Positions 1 through 9,218 of a stretch of 32,000 nt of DNA are shown here, piece by piece. The DNA lies in NCBI GenBank assembly GCA_041674405.1, contig JBAYVT010000004.1:119611-151610 (forward strand), given 5' to 3'. This stretch comes from Patescibacteria group bacterium. GTDB taxonomy: Bacteria > Patescibacteriota > UBA1384 > XYA2-FULL-43-10. Under the pieces are notes generated by a model that had not been told where the DNA came from, searched no databases, and saw only the letters and a list, made by a program, of their open reading frames with translations. Each line of letters starts with the position of its first letter. Within the stretch, counting starts at the first letter, position 1. The position numbers and the translations under genes were made by a program.

Positions 1-1040
1 CTGTGCCCACCCGCTTTGAAGCCCACCTTTTTGATATGGGATAAAAATTCCGCTGGATCCTTGATGGACCTAAGGTCTTTGTAAAACCGAATTTCGCCAA
101 TTCCGTTCCCGGCACCCTCTGATAGCTCCGCAGCTATAATCAAACAACCGCCGGTTTTTATAATCGGATTTTCAACGTCGAGTAAATAATTTATTACCCT
201 AGAGGCCTGATACAGGTTTGAATCCTTGGGAAACCCCAAACCGCAAATGGCCGCATCGGCCACACCATCTACTGATAATATAAAATTCTCTTTTACAAAC
301 TTGATCCCATCCTTGTAAACCTTTTCAAGCTGGCCGGAAAAGCACTTTAGAAGATTTCCCTGGGCATCATTCACCAAATTAATTGAGTAATCGATTTTTA
401 TTGGTTTGATAATTTCCCAAAGAGTTTGATGAAAAGGATTCGACTCGGTCTCGCAAAGTTTTGTGTTCTCATCTCCAAGAAATTTAAGGCTATGGGTTGC
501 ATTTATTGTCGGTTCTCCGGCGCAACCTATCGCGATTGTTTTTGGGCCGCCGCTAAAGCCGGCATATAGATGAGGCTCAATTACCCCTATCGTCATAATA
601 AAATCATGGTTTAACAACAATTTGTTTAAAACAATTGGGACCCCCAAGGATGTAACACCCAGATTTTTGTGTGTTTTTTTGTCTTGTGTATGAGAAATAA
701 TCCGATATCTCTCTGCAATTTCTTGCCCGAACATCTCGTTTATTTGCTCTTTGTCCTGGGCTTTATGCAGGCCCGTTGCAATCAATATCTCTACTTCACA
801 ACCAGTTTTTTCAAACATCGGCAAAACTGCTTCCAAAATTTCATTAAGATGGGCCTTGCGCGTAATGTCAGGCACTACAATCAGTGCTTTTTTCCTGCCC
901 TGGATTATATTTTCCAAATCGGTAAAATCGGTTTTTGTATCCGCGATTTTTGATGGGCCCAGAGGCTTGATTATGCCAAGGAGATTTTTGCCTGAAAGGT
1001 TTACAGAAACTTGTTTTTTACCATAAGAAATATAGTGCAT
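1..1040 (-). CDS. LarA-family (DUF2088, lactate-racemase-like) protein; the C-terminus runs off the window
   Basis: Absent from the ORF track because it leaves the window. My translation from the ATG at 1040 reads MHYISYGKKQVSVNL..ALIVVPDITRKAH..ILIATGLHKA..IEPHLYAGFSGGPKTIAIG.., with no stop down to base 1. The D-x-TR, ATG-x-H and H-x-x-AGFSGG-x-K blocks match my memory of the LarA N-terminal domain. Confidence 0.75.
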   Translation of the reverse strand, partial: MHYISYGKKQVSVNLSGKNLLGIIKPLGPSKIADTKTDFTDLENIIQGRKKALIVVPDITRKAHLNEILEAVLPMFEKTGCEVEILIATGLHKAQDKEQINEMFGQEIAERYRIISHTQDKKTHKNLGVTSLGVPIVLNKLLLNHDFIMTIGVIEPHLYAGFSGGPKTIAIGCAGEPTINATHSLKFLGDENTKLCETESNPFHQTLWEIIKPIKIDYSINLVNDAQGNLLKCFSGQLEKVYKDGIKFVKENFILSVDGVADAAICGLGFPKDSNLYQASRVINYLLDVENPIIKTGGCLIIAAELSEGAGNGIGEIRFYKDLRSIKDPAEFLSHIKKVGFKAGGH

Positions 1041-1062
1041 TTATAACTCTAGTGTTAAATAT

Positions 1063-1869
1063 TTACAGGGTTTTGAATAATTTATATGGCCAACGGATGA
1101 TGCGCATTATCAGTGTGGCCAGCCTTCCATTGTGTTTATACCAAAAATACGTTTGTGATCTGTAATAATATTTCTTGCGGGCGCTGCTAGTTTTTATGCT
1201 TCTTCCTTCTAAGTGAATAATCTTGGCAGAATTCAAAACTGCGTTTTGGTACCCAACGTCCGAGAGGCGTTTGCAAAGATCATCATCTTCTAAATACATA
1301 AATATGTTTCTGTCGAAACCACCTACGTCCTCAAATTTCTTACGTTCAAGCATCATGGCGGCACCAACTACGATATCAGCAGTAAAGTACTCTTTTGAAA
1401 AATCAATCTTATGGTCGTTGTAACGGCGGATAGTTACGGAACCGAGATTTTGAAATGATGCAAAAAAGTTTTTTTGAATTATTCCGTCCTCATGATATAG
1501 GAGCGGCGATAGGGCACCAATTTTGGGATGTTTATCTAGAAAAGAAACCATTTTTGATGGAGAGTCATCCGTCAGAAGAGTGTCCGAGTTCAAAAACCAC
1601 AGATATTTTCCTTTAGCATCTTTTGCGCCTAAGTTATTCCCCTTACCAAAACCAAGATTGGTTTTTGAAAAAATGACCTTGATTTTTTCAGGAGGCAGTA
1701 ATTTGCGGAGTTTTACTGAATCTATCTTTGACTTGTCGCCGGATCCGTTGTCGACAACTATTACCTCGTAATTTAGCCGGACATATTTTGCAATTGTTCG
1801 CAAAGAATCCTGTACCAGATCAGGCGTGTTGTAATTTATCATGACAATTGAGAGTTCCGGCGTTTTCAT
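1063..1869 (-). CDS. Family-2 glycosyltransferase
   Basis: 268-aa ORF. Begins LSIVMINYNTPDLV, contains VVDNGSGD, and has an acidic EDDDLC motif typical of the GT2 (GT-A fold) family. Confidence 0.85.
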   Translation of the reverse strand: MKTPELSIVMINYNTPDLVQDSLRTIAKYVRLNYEVIVVDNGSGDKSKIDSVKLRKLLPPEKIKVIFSKTNLGFGKGNNLGAKDAKGKYLWFLNSDTLLTDDSPSKMVSFLDKHPKIGALSPLLYHEDGIIQKNFFASFQNLGSVTIRRYNDHKIDFSKEYFTADIVVGAAMMLERKKFEDVGGFDRNIFMYLEDDDLCKRLSDVGYQNAVLNSAKIIHLEGRSIKTSSARKKYYYRSQTYFWYKHNGRLATLIMRIIRWPYKLFKTL

Positions 1870-1889
1870 AACGTTTGTTGGGGATTCGA

Positions 1890-2840
1890 TTAGAAAAAAC
1901 CCATTAATTTATCCATATAACGAAAAGATACCTTGCGTTCGCGCAGAATTTTCTTTCGCTTTTCAATCATTTTTCCATGCTCGCTGATACATGTTTTGAC
2001 GGCCCAGATATATTCAGTGAAATATCCTTTTACGATTGCTGCTGCTAAAAATCGGAGCTCAGAAAGCAGAATCAGGGGGGAATAAATAATTATTCTGCTC
2101 AAAGGAAAATTTTTGTACATCACATGCCAGCGGTTTTTATTGATGTATTTAAACACAAACCCAGATTTTTTGCCTGCAGAAGCAGACCCCATGTGATAGA
2201 TTATGGCACCTGGCACAAAGAGGCATTTAAATCCTGCATATTGGGCCCTTAAGCTGATATCAACGTCCTCTAGATACATAAAGAAATCTTCGTCAAATAA
2301 ACCGATTTTTTCAAATAGCGCTTTTCTGTATACGGAAGCTCCTGCGCAGGCACCAAAAACATATTTTTCAGAATCAAAGTTTTCGTTGTTTTTTTCGTAT
2401 TTTCCGATATTATACGCCCGCCCCCACCAGTTCATCGCATCTCCGGCGGCGGCGATAATTTCGCGGTGATAATAATCAATCATTTTAGAAGCAAAAAACC
2501 CCGCTTCGGGATGATTTTTGGCTGCCACATACATCTCTGAAACCCAATTTTCATCAACTTCGGTGTCGTTATTTATGAGCCCGATTAATTCTGAATTTGC
2601 AGCCTTAATTCCCACGTTGACTGCTATTGAAAAACCGCAATTTTCTTTAAGTTTGATGAGTTTTACTTGTTTGTATTTTTTGATTATTGTTTCAGATTGG
2701 TCGCCGGATCCATTGTCCACGACAATAATTTCAATATTGTTTTCCGACTGATGGAGCAATGAATCCAGGCATTTTGATAGAAATTTCTCTCCGTTCCAAT
2801 TGGGAATAACAATGCTTAGTTTTACTTTTTGAGTTTGCAA
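1890..2840 (-). CDS. Family-2 glycosyltransferase
   Basis: 316-aa ORF. Motifs LSIVIPNWNG, VVDNGSGD and YLEDVDISLR are typical rhamnosyltransferase-like GT2. Confidence 0.85.
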   Translation of the reverse strand: MQTQKVKLSIVIPNWNGEKFLSKCLDSLLHQSENNIEIIVVDNGSGDQSETIIKKYKQVKLIKLKENCGFSIAVNVGIKAANSELIGLINNDTEVDENWVSEMYVAAKNHPEAGFFASKMIDYYHREIIAAAGDAMNWWGRAYNIGKYEKNNENFDSEKYVFGACAGASVYRKALFEKIGLFDEDFFMYLEDVDISLRAQYAGFKCLFVPGAIIYHMGSASAGKKSGFVFKYINKNRWHVMYKNFPLSRIIIYSPLILLSELRFLAAAIVKGYFTEYIWAVKTCISEHGKMIEKRKKILRERKVSFRYMDKLMGFF

Positions 2841-2855
2841 TCTGTTTGTTCCGTA

Positions 2856-4274
2856 TTACGACTTTAATATTTCTCGAAAGGTCTGTGGCTTGACAACATT
2901 AAATAGGTATAACAACAGAAAATATAAGGCGACTACGACTGGAATGAGTATGAGAAAATTCAAGTGGCTCTGTTTGCTTAGAAATCCGACAACCAAAGCA
3001 AGGAAAGCCGCCAAGAGCACCTTGAAAATTAATCGGAAATTAAATCGATATCCGACAATTTTCTGGGTGTAGTGAGCATTGATCAAGAGGAGCAACAACT
3101 CGGAAACAACGGTGGTAACGGCGGCGCCAATAAATGAGAAGAGGGGAATAAAAATCAGGTTAGCTATAAGATTAAACGATAAAATAAAAATCGAAATTTT
3201 TATCAACAATTTTCTCTCATCATTGGCAAGGAGAATTTCGCCAAGCAAATTATCAAAATATATTAAGGGCAAAGCAAAGGACAAAATCATCAAAGCCCAA
3301 CTTCCAGATAGAAAATCTGCATTACTGAGAAACAATATTATTTCCTTGGAAAACACAACGCAGGTTATTGTCAGAGGCATAGCAACTGCCAGCATAATAG
3401 TAATTGATTTCTCAATAATGTTCCCAACCGATGCTTTGTTACTCTGGATGTTTTGAGAAATGGCTGGTTTGAGCGCTGAGGAAAAATATGACCCGATAAA
3501 AGCTGTGACTTCCAAAACTTTGTAAGCAACTGTGTAGATACCGACAGCAACACTGCCCTTGATAGCAAAAAGTAGCAAGGTGTCCAGTTTGAAATAAAGA
3601 TTATTAATGATAAATACAATTCCTAGCGGCCAAGAGAGCGATAGTATCCAATTTGAAATTTGCCGATCATATTTTGGCACAAAGCTAGTAAATTTTATTG
3701 AGAACAGCCATTTAAAGATATAAATAAGCACGCCGGTAAGAGCGACAGTCGAGACAACCCAAAGGAAGCTGCCATGCATTCGTATAATCACATACAAAGC
3801 GATAATTGCGGCAAGTTTACTCAAAAATTCGGCTGTAGCCGAATATTGCATCTTGAGGCGATATTGCAAAACAATATCATAAATGCTTCCTAGTAAATTG
3901 AAAAGCAAAAAACCCGTCGCGATCAAAACGCCCAATTTTATATTGAAATTGTATTTTGTAGCAAATACGAGCGCTGACGCAATAATACAGGCAAGAAGCG
4001 CAGATACGAGCCTGATTAAAAAAACATTTGATAAGATTTTCTTTTCGTTATTGGGATTTTTAGCGATTTCCCTAACCGCTACAGAGAACAAACCCAGATC
4101 GGCAATTACAATAAAAAAATTGATATAAGTCGTTATTGTGTTATATTCACCAACACCGGCTGTGCCCAGATAATTGGTTAAAAGCTTGATCGAAACCAAC
4201 GTAAAAACCAAAGTAACCAACCTTACGGTCACTTGGGATACGGTATTTATAAATACGGCTTTTTTATCAAACAT
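2856..4274 (-). CDS. Wzx-like polysaccharide/oligosaccharide flippase (MOP superfamily)
   Basis: Polytopic membrane ORF of 12 or more hydrophobic segments. The N-terminal KNTVSQVTVRLVTLVFTLV-type start is common in polysaccharide biosynthesis proteins. I prefer the ATG at 4274 (MFDKKAV..) because the track start at 4328 would overlap the upstream gene by 46 nt. Confidence 0.7.
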   Translation of the reverse strand: MFDKKAVFINTVSQVTVRLVTLVFTLVSIKLLTNYLGTAGVGEYNTITTYINFFIVIADLGLFSVAVREIAKNPNNEKKILSNVFLIRLVSALLACIIASALVFATKYNFNIKLGVLIATGFLLFNLLGSIYDIVLQYRLKMQYSATAEFLSKLAAIIALYVIIRMHGSFLWVVSTVALTGVLIYIFKWLFSIKFTSFVPKYDRQISNWILSLSWPLGIVFIINNLYFKLDTLLLFAIKGSVAVGIYTVAYKVLEVTAFIGSYFSSALKPAISQNIQSNKASVGNIIEKSITIMLAVAMPLTITCVVFSKEIILFLSNADFLSGSWALMILSFALPLIYFDNLLGEILLANDERKLLIKISIFILSFNLIANLIFIPLFSFIGAAVTTVVSELLLLLINAHYTQKIVGYRFNFRLIFKVLLAAFLALVVGFLSKQSHLNFLILIPVVVALYFLLLYLFNVVKPQTFREILKS

Positions 4275-4282
4275 TAAATCCC

Positions 4283-6145
4283 TTAACGAGCCTCTGTATA
4301 AACGTGGCCAGTTCCAACAAACTCCCAAATCTTAGTAAGTGCCCCATTGTATCCGTAAAAGGTGAAGGCATTTTCTGATCCATCTCCATCAAGATCTAGA
4401 AACGCAACATTGTTATTATTGGTTGGGCACCAGTTGCCCTTACCGCTATCAAACCATCTTTCGGAAGTGAGAGTTGCGCCATCCTCGTGGAATATCCATA
4501 ATTTCATATATGAATTTCCATAATTATACACTACAGCAATTTCATCCTTACTATCACCATCGATATTTCCTGCGGAAAGCTCATTTCCAGAACTAAAGGC
4601 CCAGCTACCCTTACCGCTATCAAATTTTGAGCTTAAAACAAAAGTCGAACCAGATAGCTTAAAATTCCAGATTCTTGCTTGGGAATTTCCATAATCATAC
4701 ATTGCTGCGATTTCGGTCTTGCCGTCTCCATCAAAATCACCCGATGTCAGGTTGCCGGTTCGGCCAAATGCCCAATTCCAAATTCCGCTATCATATTTAA
4801 CTGATGGAGTTAGCGAACCATCACCATTTGCCTTAAATACCCAAACTTTCATCTGTCCCAAACCATAATCATACATTGCTGCGATTTCGGTCTTGCCGTC
4901 TCCATCAAAATCACCCGCAACAATATTGCTCATACTTGAAAATGACCAATTACCCGGTCCACTATCGAAAAGTTTTTGGGGGCTTAAATTTGAGCCGGAT
5001 TTGACATATGCCCAAATTGCAGTTTGCAGATTGCCGTAATTGTAAGGAATTGCCAATGCGGGATTGCTACCGACGGTGTAGGGCACCGACTTTCCTTTGG
5101 AACTAAAGAGCCAATTACCGGCACCAGAATCGTATTTTGGCGAAAGGGAAAGAGATTGATAAAAGTTTGCCTCTACGATCGCTCCGTCTGCCATGGTTTT
5201 TTTGCATACGCCGTTATCAATGGTATTGCATCCCGACCAATTGGCGAATTCAGATGCTGGATTATTGACTGCTGTGATAGAAATCGAAGTATCTTCTGGA
5301 ATTTGATAATTACAATTTGTGCTCTCGCAATTTGCAGTTGTTCCGCCATAAGAAATATTAACTGATCCCCCGGGAGATACGCGAATCGTAATTATACTTT
5401 CAAAATAGATTTTGTATAGCTTCCAAAAGTTATAATTTCCATTAAAAACATGGGGCGTGTATCTATAAAGCGAAGCTGTTGCCCTGTTGGCCGGAGTTAC
5501 GTTATAAGTTCCACTCCAGTCTGAAAAAGCCGTAGTTTGGCCAACTTGATAATCCGAAAATCCGTAATCTTGCGCTCGATACCAATTGTACCGGAATTGC
5601 CATGCTGCCCAGTCAACCTGTTTTGTAAACCCTAGTTTTGTAGGATCGCAACCACCCGAATCAGGACAACCGTAACCCATTGCGTGGGTAAGAGCGTAAT
5701 TTACATCTCCATACCCTCCGGAAATTAAACTCTGTTCTTTCTGGAGAGTTGCCAGGATAATGTGAGGACTGACCGTGCCTGTCGTCTGATTGATATCCGG
5801 AAAATCGGGATACCCATATGGTTTCCAGCCATTTGACCTTGAGTCATATGAATTTCCTTGGGCAGCATCCCAAATTATCTGGGCAGCAGATCTGCCATTC
5901 TCAAAATAGCCGGCAAGATATGATCCTTTCTCATTCAAGAAACGCTGAATTTCTTCAACGCTCATTGAGTCCTTGGCAATGAAAGCGTCATCCGAAATTA
6001 GATTGTTATAATAATGCCCATTTAAAAAATACGATGAAGATGTATCGGAAGCATAGGCATTTTTACTCCCGACATAAAAGATGCCTCCGATGGTAATAAG
6101 GGCCAAAAGGGCAATATTTACAAATTTTTTTCTATTGAACCACAT
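4283..6145 (-). CDS. Secreted multidomain protein: unknown N-terminal domain, InlB-B-repeat-like domain and about 5 FG-GAP/VCBS beta-propeller repeats
   Basis: The ATG at 6145 gives MWFNRKKFVNIALLALITIGGIFYVGSKNAYA, which is signal-peptide-like. The middle contains FANWSGCN..GVCKKTM..VEANF, a divergent InlB B-repeat signature. The C-terminal half repeats GDFDGDGKTEIAAMYDYG, which are FG-GAP Ca-binding loops. The track start at 6199 is probably an over-extension. Confidence 0.7.
   Translation of the reverse strand: MWFNRKKFVNIALLALITIGGIFYVGSKNAYASDTSSSYFLNGHYYNNLISDDAFIAKDSMSVEEIQRFLNEKGSYLAGYFENGRSAAQIIWDAAQGNSYDSRSNGWKPYGYPDFPDINQTTGTVSPHIILATLQKEQSLISGGYGDVNYALTHAMGYGCPDSGGCDPTKLGFTKQVDWAAWQFRYNWYRAQDYGFSDYQVGQTTAFSDWSGTYNVTPANRATASLYRYTPHVFNGNYNFWKLYKIYFESIITIRVSPGGSVNISYGGTTANCESTNCNYQIPEDTSISITAVNNPASEFANWSGCNTIDNGVCKKTMADGAIVEANFYQSLSLSPKYDSGAGNWLFSSKGKSVPYTVGSNPALAIPYNYGNLQTAIWAYVKSGSNLSPQKLFDSGPGNWSFSSMSNIVAGDFDGDGKTEIAAMYDYGLGQMKVWVFKANGDGSLTPSVKYDSGIWNWAFGRTGNLTSGDFDGDGKTEIAAMYDYGNSQARIWNFKLSGSTFVLSSKFDSGKGSWAFSSGNELSAGNIDGDSKDEIAVVYNYGNSYMKLWIFHEDGATLTSERWFDSGKGNWCPTNNNNVAFLDLDGDGSENAFTFYGYNGALTKIWEFVGTGHVYTEAR
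4689..4917. repeat. Two perfect 55-bp direct repeats (4689-4743 and 4863-4917) inside the FG-GAP gene
   Basis: The string ccataatcatacattgctgcgatttcggtcttgccgtctccatcaaaatcacccg occurs twice, 174 nt (58 codons) apart. I verified this base by base. Confidence 0.95.
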
Positions 6146-6590
6146 TTTGTAAAATATCCAATTGTGTTTTAAGATCCTCATTGTTTGGCAATACATCAAG
6201 CCCTTGTTCTATCACCTTGATTGCATCCTGTTTTCTTTGAAGGCCAGCCAAAGCTTGTGATTTTCCAATATAAAATTTTGCATCATCTTGTCTTAATAAA
6301 AGCGCTTTATCAAAGTAATCCAGCGCCTGGACATAATTTTTTTGGTTTAAATTTTTCTCTCCCGCTTCGTAAAGAGAATATGGGTCAGACTGGTCAATGT
6401 TATTTGAACTCTTGGTCTCCTCGGATGTCGCTTGCCCTTTGTTGTCGAAATTGTCGGTTGTGCCAGAATTAGAGTCAATATTCTCACTGGTTAGATTTTC
6501 CTCTTGAGTGCTGGCTGGTGAACTTTCTTCAACCCTAGAATAACGCCAATATCCGATTACGATACCGCACAATACAACAACCAAAATCAT
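6132..6590 (-). CDS. Membrane-anchored TPR-repeat protein
   Basis: N-terminal hydrophobic segment MILVVVLCGIVIGYW, a low-complexity S/T/E/N linker, then TPR-like YVQALDYFDKALLL..AKFYIGKSQAL. Its stop overlaps the downstream start by 14 nt (ATGTGGTTCAATAG). Confidence 0.65.
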   Translation of the reverse strand: MILVVVLCGIVIGYWRYSRVEESSPASTQEENLTSENIDSNSGTTDNFDNKGQATSEETKSSNNIDQSDPYSLYEAGEKNLNQKNYVQALDYFDKALLLRQDDAKFYIGKSQALAGLQRKQDAIKVIEQGLDVLPNNEDLKTQLDILQNVVQ

Positions 6591-6723
6591 ACCGACAAAT
6601 ATGATCGTTCTTTTTCTGTTTTGAAAATTAATACTTACTCCTCAATCCCCGTAAAACTGATTCCTACGAAAATATTATACCACAGGTGTTAAATGCTCGT
6701 GAAATCTATGATAAACTTAATTC

Positions 6724-8010
6724 GTGGATAGTAATGTACTAAAAAATAAGATCCTTCCAGTGATAATTTCATCGCTTTTTTTCTTTATGCCATTCGAGAG
6801 AATTCCCACGATAGAAATCGCCGGCTTTACGGTTAAAATCAGTTATCTGATCGGAGTTGTTTTCATTTTGATTGCAGCTACCGCCGGAATTGGCAAACTT
6901 TTTTTAAGGCACAGGCTTTCGGCCATTGACTGGTCGCTTCTAATTCTCTGGATTTTTGGTGCGCTTAGCCTTGTTAGGGCAGAAAATTTGATGCGCAGCC
7001 TGGCCACAATCATAATGTGGACATTTGTATTTATCATCTTTTTATTATTATCACGGTATCTAAAAAACAAAAAAATTCTTGCGCAAGCTGAAAATTGGTT
7101 ACTTGTCGCAACACTGATCGCTTGTATTTTTGGTATTTATCAATTCGTAGGAGATTCATTGGGCCTCTCGGCAGCATACACCGGGCTTCGCCTCCGTTAT
7201 ACAAAAGAAATATTGGGTTTTCCTCGGATACAATCATTTGCTCTTGAACCATTGTATTTTGCTAATTTCTTATTTGTGCCGTTGTTTATTACAATTCGAA
7301 ATCATATCCAGTCGGGAGAAAAAGTATTTGGAAAATATTTTTGGTTGGCAACACTTATTTTTGTGAATATAATTTTGTCTGTTTCCCGGGGTGCATACTT
7401 TGCCCTCGCGATCACCATGTTATCTGCCTTGCTGATTTTTTGTTTTAGTTGTGGTCGTAAATATTTAAAACGATTTAGCCATATTATAATTGCCGCAGTT
7501 TTTGCCCTCGCAATTTCGATCTCTCTTATCGGCATTTTCGATGGAAAAGAACAAATTCTTAGTTTTAAAAACCACGCTTTTATTGATGATTCCACAAATG
7601 CTGCTTCAGTGGTTGGGAGGCAAAAGGGATATGTTATTGCCTGGAATCAATTTAAGGCAAGCCCTGTTTTTGGCATTGGTATTGGCAACTCCGGCATTCT
7701 TTCAACGCCGGTGGTAGAGCATGGCGAGACATTTACTTACGGCTCTCTCAATAATGAATATTTAGAAATTCTGTCGGAAACGGGAATATTGGGATTTGCC
7801 GCATTTATAGGATTCCTCGTTTTTATGTTAGTGCTTATTTTCCGTAGCATAAAGTCAGCAAATGATGATAATAAAACCGATATTGCGTTGGTCGCTTTAG
7901 GTTGTCTGGCAATTTTTATTCAATATAATTTCTTTTCCACCCTTTACATTATTTATATCTGGGCATTCCTTGCGCTCTTAAGGGCCAAGGCAGAGGAGGC
8001 TATGGCATGA
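6724..8010 (+). CDS. O-antigen ligase/polymerase-like (Wzy_C family) membrane protein, paralogue 1
   Basis: 428-aa polytopic ORF with a GTG start. It has a large loop followed by the SRGAYFAL and ..NSGILS..SLNNEYLEILSETGILGF segments characteristic of the Wzy_C/O-antigen ligase family. Confidence 0.65.
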   Translation: MDSNVLKNKILPVIISSLFFFMPFERIPTIEIAGFTVKISYLIGVVFILIAATAGIGKLFLRHRLSAIDWSLLILWIFGALSLVRAENLMRSLATIIMWTFVFIIFLLLSRYLKNKKILAQAENWLLVATLIACIFGIYQFVGDSLGLSAAYTGLRLRYTKEILGFPRIQSFALEPLYFANFLFVPLFITIRNHIQSGEKVFGKYFWLATLIFVNIILSVSRGAYFALAITMLSALLIFCFSCGRKYLKRFSHIIIAAVFALAISISLIGIFDGKEQILSFKNHAFIDDSTNAASVVGRQKGYVIAWNQFKASPVFGIGIGNSGILSTPVVEHGETFTYGSLNNEYLEILSETGILGFAAFIGFLVFMLVLIFRSIKSANDDNKTDIALVALGCLAIFIQYNFFSTLYIIYIWAFLALLRAKAEEAMA

Positions 8011-9218
8011 ATTATTTGATCTATCTTAATGTTCTCTTGATCCCATCCTACATATTCCGGTTCGAATTATGCGGCATTCCAACCAATGTTTTTGAGATTG
8101 CTGTTGCTATAACTTTTATTGCGTTTCTCGCAGTTCAAATTGCCAAGAAGAAAAAAATAAAAATCAACAATGTCGATTGGGCGATCATATTTTTCCTGTT
8201 TTTTGCCTTTTTGGCAATTCTGATTTCACCTGACAAAAGGGCAGCGTTAGGGATTTTTAAAAGCTGGTTTATAGCTCCATCATTACTATATTTTATTACG
8301 AAGGAAACTATAGCCAAAAAAGACGCTTATAAACTTGCAATTCCGGTTTTCATTTCACTTATGCTAGTGACAGCTTGGGCGATTTTGCAAAAACTTGGTA
8401 TCATTTCAACTCTTTTCTATCAGGTAAACGATCTTACCTTCAATCAATATCTTCATGGCAATGTTCGTCTCTTTGGCCCGTTTGGTTCACCAAATTATCT
8501 GGCCATGTTCATTGTGCCGTCATTTTTTCTTTCGTTAGCACTTTTTTCGAAAATAAAGAATGTAGCTCTGAAAATTCTTTTTTTACTGCTTGAGGTTGCA
8601 CCACTAGTAGTCCTATACTACACGAAATCCCGCGGTGGGGTTCTCGCTTTGGGATTTGGAATGGTAATCTATGTTCTCGTTTATTCGTTGCACAAATTCA
8701 ATATTTACAAATCGTTGAATCTAAGAGCGATCATTACTTCGATCATGGCGGTCCTAACTTTTCTTGTATATGCCTTTGGGTTTTATTCTCCAAATGATCA
8801 TGCCAGGCGCGAAATATACCGATATGCTTGGCAAATGATTAAATCCCATCCGGTAACCGGTATTGGCCTCGATAATTTCCAGGGTGAGATTCTTAAACTC
8901 TCGGCTGGGAATATAAGCTTTCAACAAAATATTTTGTCCTATGCTCTGCACCCACACAATCTTTTTCTAGCGATGTGGCTTTATGTCGGTCTCGGCGGGT
9001 TGATCGCTTTTCTCATTCTCATTTTGCAATTTTTTGGCCGGGCATTTCATTCTTTGCATGATAAAATGGCTATCTTTCCGATTGCAGCGATGACTGCCAT
9101 GCTTGCCCACGGGTTGGTCGACACGACATTTTTCAAGAATGACCTATCAGCATTATTTTTTATCACCCTCGCCTTTGTAATTATTATCAACCAAAATGCC
9201 GAAAAAAATCCTCGATAA
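8007..9218 (+). CDS. O-antigen ligase/polymerase-like membrane protein, paralogue 2
   Basis: 403-aa polytopic ORF. ATGA overlap with paralogue 1. Contains YYTKSRGGVLAL, HPVTGIGLDNF and HPHNLFLAMWLYVGLGG, which are Wzy_C-like blocks. Confidence 0.7.
   Translation: MNYLIYLNVLLIPSYIFRFELCGIPTNVFEIAVAITFIAFLAVQIAKKKKIKINNVDWAIIFFLFFAFLAILISPDKRAALGIFKSWFIAPSLLYFITKETIAKKDAYKLAIPVFISLMLVTAWAILQKLGIISTLFYQVNDLTFNQYLHGNVRLFGPFGSPNYLAMFIVPSFFLSLALFSKIKNVALKILFLLLEVAPLVVLYYTKSRGGVLALGFGMVIYVLVYSLHKFNIYKSLNLRAIITSIMAVLTFLVYAFGFYSPNDHARREIYRYAWQMIKSHPVTGIGLDNFQGEILKLSAGNISFQQNILSYALHPHNLFLAMWLYVGLGGLIAFLILILQFFGRAFHSLHDKMAIFPIAAMTAMLAHGLVDTTFFKNDLSALFFITLAFVIIINQNAEKNPR

Noticed and set aside
669-1026. 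Plus-strand ORFs 669-953 and 751-1026
   Set aside because: They lie antisense to the well-supported LarA-like frame, and their products are Phe/Cys-rich nonsense.
8055-8070. GGTTCGAAT (T-loop-like) as a sign of a tRNA
   Set aside because: It lies inside the O-antigen-ligase-like CDS, and no acceptor or anticodon stems can be drawn around it. I found no convincing tRNA anywhere in the window.
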